The position numbers and the translations under genes were made by a program. 64,000 bases of DNA from Macrostomum lignano (taxonomy: Eukaryota), in contig NIVC01000421.1 of NCBI GenBank assembly GCA_002269645.1, positions 496,001 to 560,000 on the forward strand, read 5' to 3'. The notes beneath the pieces were generated by a model. The model saw nothing but the letters and a program-made list of their open reading frames with translations, made no database searches and was not told the DNA's origin. Below are positions 11,996 through 36,849 of the stretch, in pieces. Numbering within the stretch: position 1 is the first letter of the stretch; each line of letters begins with the position of its first letter.

Positions 11996-14219
11996 AATCC
12001 CTACATACACCTTTTTTACCAGCAGGATAACAGCTTTTATTTAGCTGACATTGCTCCCGCTCACAAAAAATGATTATATGGCTATTCCTCAGAATTTTTG
12101 GATTCCTGAATACAGCTGAATACAGCTACAGCAATACATCCCGAAGGTGTCTGTATTTTTCTTTGGGAAGATTTATGAGCTTGGCTAGCTGCATCATCAA
12201 AGCTAGTTTTCCGTAAAAGGCAAACATTCTTTTGGATTGCATAATTTACATGAAAAGACAATACATTTACACAATTGCACATTGCAAGACTTTAATTCTT
12301 TTACTAATCTATTATGAAAAAAAATTTAGGAAGTTTTGCTAAAATATCAGTATTTACTTATTCTTGAGTGTTTGTTTCATTAACAAATGAAATGAATATT
12401 ACATCTTATATTGTTTGGGCAAATGATTATTATCTAATTTGTTTAAACTGTCAATCAAAATTCGAAATAAGAATTCTAATTTTCGCTTGATCGCATCAGG
12501 TTTGTGTAAAATTGTCCTTTTATCTTTCTTTTTAAAGTTAGGCTTTAGTTAGATAGGCCTTTTAGCAATTATTTGTTGCCGATTTTATTTCATATAATAG
12601 TTGATATACCTTGTTGCTCAACAATTGGCTGACTATAGTTATTGTAATTGACATTTTATATGGCCCAGTAGGCCAGCCTACCCACTATGCCCTATACTGG
12701 CTATAGGCATAGGCCTGCCTTCTTGGCTTTAACTAGATCTAGAAGTTTTTTAGGGGCTAATATTATAGTCATATGGGCTTAGTATAATACTGATACTGAC
12801 TCAGAATATAAATATAGATAAAATTTTAAAACTGACTTTTGTGAGTTGTGACTTAAGAATTATTGTCTTGATCTGCATAATGGTTAGTTAGTAGGCCTAT
12901 ATTTATAGGAAAAATCATCTGGCCTCCCTTATCTAACTTTGACCTTGTTTACAGTTTTGCCTTTTAGCTTCTGTTTTTAATCTTCAGTTTCAGATTTAAT
13001 GTCATTGTAAAAAGTGCAAGAAATGCTTCAGAGTAAAAATACTTTGTTTTTTTACTTTTAGTTTTAGACAGCTAGATTAGAATTATCCAGGCTATGTTAT
13101 TAATTTTGATTGCACATCTTTGACTTTTATTATTGATAATAGATTAGTAATAATAATATTGTTTTATTAAGTCTTAGGATATATGTTGATTAGGCCCTAT
13201 TGTAATTATAATCATTCTAATAAATTGTCTTTTGCTTATTAGAAATATAATATAAGCCTAGTTAGTTTTTAATTATAAGCCTAGAAGTATTTAGACTTAA
13301 AATTTTATTTTTAGTTTATAGAATATTTTTATTTTTAGTAATTTGATGATTTAGATTTTAAGATCAGAAAATAAAGCAATTTATAATAAAAAAATATTTA
13401 AGTATATTTATGAACTATGTAATGTTGTATTATTGGTCTATTAAACAAGGCCTAAATTAAATTTTTATTTAAAAGCAAAGTAATATTTTTGTTTGGAATA
13501 TATTTAGATTTCAATACTTTCTACATTTTATAATATATCTATAAAAATATTTTAAAGACTTATTTATTACATTCAAAAAAGATTGCTATTAGTCTCAAAA
13601 TAGTAATTATATTATAAAGAGCATTTACATAGCATTTCTTTAGATTAAGAACTATTACCTGGGTAAAAGTTACATGGTTTAATTTTTTTGTGAAATATCC
13701 AATTATTCATATTCACTTAATTTCCATTTCAGCTACCATCTACAAATGTCATCATCTACATTTAAAAAACCTGCTGAAAACAATGAAGATTTGTTAGCTG
13801 TAAAATTGTACATTTTTTACTAATTTTGTTCAAAAAAATTGGCACCTGACTAAGCAATTTATTTTTTATGCTGCTTTTTCTTTGTATTGCATTTTTCTGC
13901 CTGTGATCATCTGAATAATTTGTTAAGTTGCAACTTTTATGTGCATCAATACTTTGAATACAATATAACAGTACATTTAACAATTATTTTGAAGCTCCTA
14001 TTGCTTGTTGAATTTTTTCTTTAACAAGTGAAATTCTGTATGATGAAATTATTTTTTGTTCTTTGTAACTTTTGCAAGTCCATGGTATGAGTTATCAACA
14101 TTTTGCCAAGTGCTCTATAGATAAATTAGATATTTAAGTTTATTAGACTTGGAACCATATACTTTCTAGTAAATAAGTCACCTAAATCAATTTGAAATGT
14201 GATAAGTATTTATAGCTCT

Positions 14220-14790
14220 TGTGAACATTGCATACTTGGAAGGTACTTGAAAAGTGACTTGAAAAAACATTGCATACTTGGAAGGTACTTGAAAAGTGAC
14301 TTGAGAAAACATTGCATACTTGGAAAGTACTTGAGAAGTGACTTGAGAAAACATTGCATACTTGGAAAGTACTTGAGAAGTGACTTAACAAAACATAGCA
14401 TACTTGGAAAGTACTTGAGAAGTGACTTGAGAAAACATTGCATACTTGGAAAGTACTTGAGAAGTGACTGGGGAAAACATTGCATACTTGGAAAGTACTA
14501 GAGAAGTGACTTAACAAAACATAGCATACTTGGAAAGTACTTGAGAAGTGACTGGAGAAAACATTACATACTTTGAAAGTACTTGAGAAGCGACTGGAGA
14601 AAACATTGCATACTTGGAAAGTACTTGAGAAGTGACTGGAGAAAACATTACATACTTGGAAAGTACTTGAGAAGTGACTGGAGAAAACATTGCATACTTG
14701 GAAAGTACTTGAGAAGTGACTGGAGAAAACATTGCATACTTGGAAAGTACTTGAGAAGTGACTGGAGAAAACATTGCATACTTGGAAAGT
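14220..14790. repeat. 42-bp tandem repeat (aaacattgcatacttggaaagtacttgagaagtgactggaga)
   Basis: Direct periodicity; core ttgcatacttggaaag is the reverse complement of ctttccaagtatgcaa in the 82-bp array. Confidence 0.95.
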
Positions 14791-15007
14791 TTATTGAGTG
14801 TACTTGGAAAACTTAGAAAGTACTTAGGCGGTACTTGCCACGAGGTTGCATTGTTGACTTACCAAGTACTTAGCAAGTTTGGTTTGTTTTTTTTTCTCGG
14901 GTGGTCACTGACAGACGAGCCGCATTCACCAACAACCTTTCGTGTCCAGTGCCGAGTGCCGAATGCCGACATGCAGAACGATCTACCGATAGCGACGGAA
15001 GCACGAG

Positions 15008-15890
15008 AATTTCCCGCAGGAAGTCTCCTGCCGAGGTTTTCTCGCAACGAGGTTTTCCTGTGGGAGGTTTTTCCGCGAGAGGTTTTCCCGCCGAGATTTT
15101 CCAGCAGGGGTTTTCCAGTCGGATTTTCAAGTCCTTAAATTCAGTCTGTAAACTATACTATACTAGATTAGACTTGATTAGAACTAGACTAGACTATAGA
15201 CTACACTATACTAGACTGAACTATAGACTTAGACTATACTAGACTAGACTAGACTATACTAGACTAGACTATAGACTAGACTAGACTAGACTAGACTATA
15301 CTAGACTAGACTATAGACTAGACTAGACTAGACTAGACTATACTAGACTAGACTATAGACTAGACTAGACTAGACTAGACTAGACTAGACTATACTAGAC
15401 TAGACTATAGACTAGACTAGACTAGACTATAGACTAGACTAGACTAGACTAGACTAGACTATACTAGACTAGACTATAGACTAGGCTAGACTAGACTATA
15501 GACTAGACTAGACTATAGACTAGACTAGACTAGACTATAGACTAGACTAGACTAGACTAGACTATAGACTAGACTAGACTAGACTAGACTATAGACTAGA
15601 CTAGACTAGACTAGACTATAGACTAGACTAGACTAGACTATAGACTAGACTAGACTAGACTATAGACTAGACTAGACTAGACTAGACTATAGACTAGACT
15701 AGACTAGACTAGACTATATACTAGACTAGACTAGACTATACTAGGCTATACTAGACTAGATTAGATTAGAACTAGACAGATTAGAACTAGACTAGACTAG
15801 CGATTTCAAATCCGACTGGATTAGACTTAAAATTCTGACTGGAAACCCCTGCAGGAAAACCTCCCACCGGAAAACCTCGCTGCGGGAAAA
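15008..15890. mobile_element. MITE/foldback-like element with inverted arms around a (CTAGA)n microsatellite
   Basis: gagattttccagcaggggttttccagtc (~15093-15120) is nearly complementary to gactggaaacccctgcaggaaaacctc (~15837-15863); ends atttcccgcag / ctgcgggaaaa. Confidence 0.6.
15150..15800. repeat. (CTAGA/CTATA)n pentanucleotide microsatellite
   Basis: Direct. Confidence 0.95.
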
Positions 15891-15924
15891 TAGCATAGAC
15901 CCATAGCGATATAAAAAATGGAAT

Positions 15925-16234
15925 CGTTAATTGATTACACCTAGGGCAGATGTGCAACCGACAGCTCAGCCGCAGCTATTGCGCGACGCATCTGAACTGA
16001 AGGCTGCGTACGGTTGCTCAGTCCAGCGACTGAGGGAGTGGGGGTCCACCCACCCTCAATTACCCTAGCTAATGCTTGGTATCCATTTTACAGCTGGGTG
16101 AACTGAAGCAATACAGAGTTAAGTTTCTTGCTCAAGGACAACAAATTGTTCCGAGTGGATCGAGAATCGAACCCCCGACCTTTCTGTCGTGAGTCCGATG
16201 CTCTATAACCACTAGGCTACAACCCCCCCCCCCC
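15925..16234 (-). mobile_element. tRNA-derived SINE with a CORE-like central domain
   Basis: Minus strand: A box tagcctagtggttatagagc, B box gttcgattc, then ccttgagcaagaaacttaactctgtattgcttcagttcacccagctgtaaaatgg, which resembles the MIR/CORE consensus as I recall it. Confidence 0.7.
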
Positions 16235-17423
16235 TTATTAACCTTGATATACAGTGCAAATATCAAAAAGCAAACCAACAAATAGCACAAAACACACGCT
16301 CACGCTCACACCCCAGCGGAGATAATTGATCAATAAAATGGGGTTGGGTTGGGAAAGGAAAGATAAGGGGGTGGGCTAGGGGTCATGAAAGTGAGGGTTC
16401 GCGAGGTTGAGGGGGTAGTAGGGTGACAAGTAAATCGATATGCCTTACCCACCCCGATCGAGAAGGAAAGAAAATAAAGCGAGCAATAAAAGTCTGGCTT
16501 CAACGAGACAGACAACACGCGGTAGCTTGTTAGAGGAGGTTGTGTGTGCATATATAGAGCAGACTAGAATTTCTAGAAAATCGATAAGCCGATAAAGAAA
16601 TGAACGGGCTAATTATTGATAGAGTGGGGTTAAATGGTCTGAAGCTTTCAATAATAAAGTAGAACAGAATAAAATATTTTGCAAACAAGAAGCTGACATT
16701 GAGCTCTGAATTGGAGTGTGATGTGCGGAATGGCTTATAAGACGAACTTTTTTACATGCCAGTATCAGCTCAGGAAAATCATTGTAATGTAACCTGGGGA
16801 ATGATAGCTTACAGAGCTATGGCCCGAGGTACTGATACCAGGGTAGTGGGGGATCAGACATCACCAGGGGCACCCGCGCGCCCTAGATGGAGAATTGGCA
16901 TAGCTTGGGTTGTGGTCCGATAGCAAGGTCCCACTGTTCTAATCCCAACTACGACCAAGGAGTTTAGAAGGTATAGACTGCTTAAAGTACGACTTAGTTC
17001 TGCCACCACCCCTATGCTGGGCACCTAAAGGGTGTCCTGACAGTGGTGATAATGTCTTTCGCATTGGGGGGGGGGGCTTCTGATCTGCGCAAGGCTTTAG
17101 CTGGGTTTGAGATAGAGGGAGAGCTCAAATGAACAATGATTTTACTCCCATCTGGCAAGCTATAGCGCTGTGATCGGAAACAATAATAATTACATTAGTC
17201 TGCGAGTACCATATGCAAACAGCTGCACGTACATTGTTACACCTGAAATCTACAATCTGCCAACAGCTTCAGTTTTGCATCACTGCAGCCCTAGCCTTCT
17301 CACTCGCCTGCATGATTAAAAGATTAATAAATCAAAGCAGGCCAACTGTGTTATGATTTTCTCCTGACAAGTAGCTCAGCTGCAGATACTACTATTCGAG
17401 AATTAATGATTGAATTTTTGCGA

Positions 17424-17517
17424 ACCGGGATCGGGATCCCAGGATTTTCGAATCCCGGACAAATGTGATCCCGGGATTCTAATCTCGGGATCCCGGGATC
17501 CCGGGATTATATTCCCT
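17424..17517. repeat. Cluster of palindromic GGGATCCC/CCCGGG motifs, likely a MITE remnant
   Basis: ccgggatcgggatcccagg...cgggatcccgggatcccggga seen directly. Confidence 0.5.
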
Positions 17518-18071
17518 AACTTCACCCATTCCACTCGCTTGTACAAATGTATAGCTCGTGGTTACTATAATTATTTAATACACTTAATATGCTGTAATAA
17601 ACACGCGCAATTTGTTGAGAGAGAAAATGAGAAAACAGATTGCTTTTTTCGAGCTCGAGTTTTTTCATACGAGCTATCGAAGGGGAGCTTTAAGAGTTGT
17701 ATTGTAGCTTGTAAGACATATTCAGTCATATTCAGGTAACAAGAACTTGAGAATCAAACATATGTCGTATGATATCAAAAGTTTTCTAGTTGGGGTGATT
17801 TTTCACAAACCATAGCGAATCGCTCAATCAATAAAGAATACGGCTCGTAGTGTCAAAATCACATTTCGAGAAATACTACACGCTTTAATAAGACTCTTTT
17901 TAAACATATGCGTCGTCTCAGCATGTTTTTCTTTCTATTTTGTGTGGTGCGACTCTGGGCAGATAAAGTGCAACAGTTTCGGTATAAAATAAATGCAAAC
18001 GAGAATCCGAACGATTTTATTTGGTATTTTAGAATTATTAATTAACAGCTAGAGGAAGCGACGGCTTGAGA

Positions 18072-20875
18072 ATGGCCACGAATCTAGCTGTTATACTCGT
18101 AGCATTTTGCATGACGTCGGCTGTAACTATGACAGCGGCTAAACAGCTTTGGATTGGTGAGACATATGATGGTCATTTATAAAAACTTTCAGATCCTTTT
18201 CCGCTCATATAAATCATTTCTTAGTTGGATAAACCACTGCATACAGGCACGTCGCCGTTCTGCGACGGTCAGCCGCGCGACTGTCCAATCTTCGACATGA
18301 CCTACATCCGCTCGGACAAATACGGCGACGGAAAGATGTGCCTGACCGGCTCTAAAGTGCTGTGCGAGTCCAAGCCGCTGCCTCACGATCTGCGAGATAG
18401 TCCGGCGAATGAAATCAATATTGCCAGCTATAATGTGTTCGAGAGGCCATACTTTATCACACACGATGGCCAGACTGAGAGGACATGCCACATTCCTAGG
18501 GGTGAGTATAGAAATGCCGACGCATCAGGGGGACACCCACCGCCACACAGGACCCACCACCTCACAGAACCCACCATCCCACAGCACCCACCACCCCACA
18601 GTACACACCATCCCCAGCACCCACCGCCCCACGGTACACACAACCCCGCAGTACCCACCATCCCCAGCACCCACCACCCCACGGTACCCGCCATCCTCAG
18701 CACCCACCACCCCACGGTACACACCATCCCCAGCACCCATCACCCCACGGTACAAACCATCCCCCAGCACCCACCACCCCACGGTACACACCATCCCCAG
18801 CACCCATCACCCCACGGTACAAACCATCCCCCAGCACCCACCACCCCACGGTACCCACCATCCCCAGCACCCACCACCCCACGGTACACACCATCCCCAG
18901 CACCCACCACCCCACGGTACAAACCATCCCCAGCACCCACCACCCCACGGTACCCACCCAGCACCCACCACCCCACGGTACCCGCCATCCTCAGCACCCA
19001 CCACCCCACGGTACACACCATCCCCAGCACCCATCACCCCACGGTACAAACCATCCCCCAGCACCCACCACCCCACGGTACACACCATCCCCAGCACCCA
19101 TCACCCCACGGTACAAACCATCCCCCAGCACCCACCACCCCACGGTACCCACCATCCCCAGCAACCCACCACCCCACGGTACACACCATCCTCAGCACCC
19201 ACCACCCCACGGTACAAACCATCCCCAGCACCCACCACCCCACGGTACACACCATCCCCAGCACCCACCACCCCACGGTACAAACCATCCCCAGCACCCA
19301 TCACCCCACGTTACCCGCCATCCCCAGCACCCACCACCCCACGGTACACACCATCCTCAGCACCCACCACCCCACGGTACAAACCATCCCCAGCACCCAC
19401 CACCCCACGGTACACACCATCCCCAGCACCCACCACCCCACGGTACAAACCATCCCCAGCACCCATCACCCCACGTTACCCGCCATCCCCAGCACCCACC
19501 ACCCCACGGTACACACCATCCCCAGCACCCACCACCCCACGGTACAAACCATCCCCAGCACCCATCACCCCACGTTACCCGCCATCCCCAGCACCCACCA
19601 CCCCACGGTACACACCATCCCCAGCACCCACCACCCCACGGTACCCACCACCTCAGAGTACCGACCATACAGGTTGATCTACAGACCCGAATAGGCCAAA
19701 ACTAATAAAGACACGTTTACAACATAAGCAATCTCCCCTTATACACTGATCGATAAAATCGATATTTTGCAGCTCTACTATCGAGATTTCCCGAGCTCGA
19801 CGTTGTAATCTTCGAAGAGGCATTCATGGGCGGCTGCTGGTATGACAACCAGTTGGTCAGCATGCGAGCCATCATGGCAGCCTATGGATTCCCGTACTAC
19901 ACGGAAACTGTAGGCAGCTTCCTTGATGCTTACTTCATCATCAATGGCGGCGTGTTTATCGCCTCGCGATGGCCCATCACGTCCTCTGTACGGATGCAGT
20001 TCGCTGATTCCGGTCATGCGGACAAGTTTTCTAAGAAAGGAGCCGTGTATGCCAGAATTAACAAGATGGGCAGCGTCTATCACATAGTTGGCACTCATAT
20101 GCAGGTTGGTGAAATGCGCTTTCAGGAATCACACGAAGGTTTTTATACTTTTGACACGACAGGTCTTCCTGACACTAAATCAAGCTACTTAGCACTTACA
20201 TGTAATATAGCTAGCTGACACTAATTCAGCCTCTCTGACACTACGAATCAGCCTCTCTGACACTAACCCAGCCTCCCTGACACTAACCCAGCCTCTCTGA
20301 CACTAACCAAGCCTCCCTGACACTAACCCAGCCTCCCTGACACTAACCCAGCCTCCCTGACACTAACCCACCCTCCGTGACACTAATTCCAGGCCCAAAT
20401 CGGTGACTCCTACGACAAGATCCGAGTCAAGCAGGCCATTGAGCTTCAAGAATTTCTCGCCAACATGAAACTCCCATCCAGCGAGCCAGTCCTGATTGGC
20501 GGGGACTTCAACTGCGATTTAAACAACAACCCCACCAATGCCAATGACGTCATCTCTACCGGAATGAACGCTGAAATGCCGGAAATTATTGGCGAAGTGC
20601 GCGCCACGTTTGACTACCTGACTAACGATGTCGTTGAGCCTGGGAACACCCTGCTAGAGTGGCTTGACTACGTGGTCCATAGTCGAAGTCACAAGGCTCC
20701 TAAAAGTGCTTCCCTGGAAGCCGACCGACTGACGGCTGACCAGGACATCACCTACTGCAACTCGGCACCTGTGCAGCCGTACTACGTGTGGCCCTGGGCC
20801 AGCACCTGCGCCAAGGTGAAAACCACTCGGCATCTATCCGATCACTACCCGGTGATTGCCCGGTTCAAATTTTAA
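18072..20875 (+). CDS. Secreted bacterial-type (Mg2+-dependent, EEP fold) sphingomyelinase C, 4 exons: 18072-18156, 18247-18501, 19773-20104, 20393-20875; ~384 aa
   Basis: Signal-peptide-like MATNLAVILVAFCMTSAVTMTA; motifs ASYNVF, DVVIFEEAF, NGGVFIASRWPI, KGAVYARI, GTHMQA, LIGGDFN, WLDYV, LSDHYPV; junctions are phase-consistent (1155 nt). Confidence 0.85.
18530..19652. repeat. 33-bp C-rich minisatellite (accatccccagcacccaccaccccacggtacac) in SMase intron 2
   Basis: Direct periodicity; source of the spurious Pro/His/Thr ORFs. Confidence 0.95.
20215..20392. repeat. 20-bp minisatellite (gacactaacccagcctccct) ending at the SMase intron 3 acceptor
   Basis: Direct periodicity. Confidence 0.9.
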
Positions 20876-21728
20876 ATACAAATTGGTTTCTATCAAAGAG
20901 CTGGATTGTGCTATTGTGATTGCGTTGGATTGCAATGCAAGCTAAGTTGAGAATAAATCCTACCGTTTGAACGAATGAATTTCTAATCTTCTATATAACT
21001 AAATCTGAGTTTATTATACAACTGTGTCCTGGTAAACAGATTACGCTATGGTTTGCTCTTTTACTTGATAGCAAAGTAGAATCCTAATTTTCTGAACCGA
21101 AAAGCTTTATGAATATCAATGGAGCTATAACAAAAGGCACAGCATATCAAAAGAGTGCTCTGGAGTGCCTTGCTCCAGAGTGCCAACAGACCTTCCTGCG
21201 AATAGTCACTTTATTATTGATACCAACTTCAGTGTTCTTGCCCCGATGTTTTCGCTCAATAATTGTATGTTGCAGACTATTGCTACTCAACTCAGACACA
21301 CTTCTGTCCAGCAAGTGGCACTAATTAGCGGCAGTCTGCGCCACTTGGCTCAAGCAATCTATTCTTCTGTAGCTGAGCTGAGAACGCTCAGCCATGCAGC
21401 TTGAGTTGAAGGCTTTTTCAGTTGAGCTAAAAAAGTGGACTTCGCGGGGGGGGGGTTTCTGACTCTCTACGGGGGAAAGACGCGCTGCGAGCGGAAAGTG
21501 CAAACACAAGAGAGTTGATGGGGGAGAAGGGACAAGCCGCGTCCATTGTTCTGCGACATTTTCCCACCCTTTCTCCCCTCGGCCAAAACCACCCTTATAG
21601 TAAGAACTCCTCCCCAGGTGGTCGCCCGTGGAGTTTCTGCTCCAGACCTATGGGGGGAGGTGGCACACAGTTTGATGAGGCCTAAGTCTCTCCGCAGCTT
21701 CTCCACAACCAACAGTCGAGTTGCTTTA

Positions 21729-21742
21729 GTTGTCATAGCAAC
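21729..21742 (+). promoter_or_regulatory. RFX X-box (GTTGTCATAGCAAC) ~200 bp upstream of the TRPV start codon
   Basis: Exact fit to the X-box consensus GTHNYY-AT-RRNAAC at a typical distance from the ATG. Confidence 0.6.
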
Positions 21743-21944
21743 AAGAGACTCAGCCAACTTTACTCACTACCACCCCCGCCCCTCTTCTCTCCTCTTTCTA
21801 CAACCGCTGTCCTTCCACTGGCCTATAGCCTGACTATTTTGCTTCTGTGCTAAGTTTTTCCCCTATAGGACAGCCACACGGCTTAAAAGCTTACAGGAGA
21901 ATATCCCAAGCCGCACCAGCAGGCAGTCGAAAGAAAGAAGAACA

Positions 21945-36399
<14,455 letters not shown>

Positions 36400-36849
36400 C
36401 TGGATCCCGGATGTAAAACAACCGATGCTTTATTGTTTTAGCGATTCGAATGCTTCAATTTTGGAAGCAATCTTCACGGACGATTTGGTAGCATTGAATG
36501 AGTCAATTTTCCGGCTTTATTTCATTTTAGTTTGTTATAAATCCTACTGACACATGATGCCTTACCTTACGTTTCTGGAATGTATACTCCTGACATCTTA
36601 CCTATACTGCTGAAAACTCACCTATGCATGTTTATTTATGACGACTTATTGCACTTTTTCATGTCCCACCGAGATGCATCTGCTTTGTTCAGTTATTTAA
36701 TTACAGTAGCCTGCACTCAAGCGGTGTCTATTCGGTATAAAATACAAGTGCGCGGATTAATATTTCTGACTAATCAGTGAACTTTTGTTTTTTGATATGA
36801 TCAGAATGCTGACTCTATCTATATTCTATTTACGAGTACAAGATGAAAC

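Larger units (their letters stand above)
10780..14903. mobile_element. Putative non-autonomous DNA transposon (CACTA/EnSpm-like architecture), ~4.1 kb
   Basis: Imperfect terminal inverted repeats (cccgggaaaaaaaaaca at 10784; tgtttttttttctcggg ending 14901); related subterminal arrays in opposite orientation; AT-rich core. No TSD resolved. Confidence 0.5.

Noticed and set aside
17908-18045. Alternative hydrophobic first exon for the SMase (MRRLSMFFFLFCVV...)
   Set aside because: The ATG at 18072 gives a better signal peptide with a strong, phase-compatible donor.
18502-19694. Mucin/extensin-like Pro-Thr-His extension of the SMase ORF
   Set aside because: A strong GTGAGT donor at 18502 and an in-phase acceptor at 19772 remove it as an intron.
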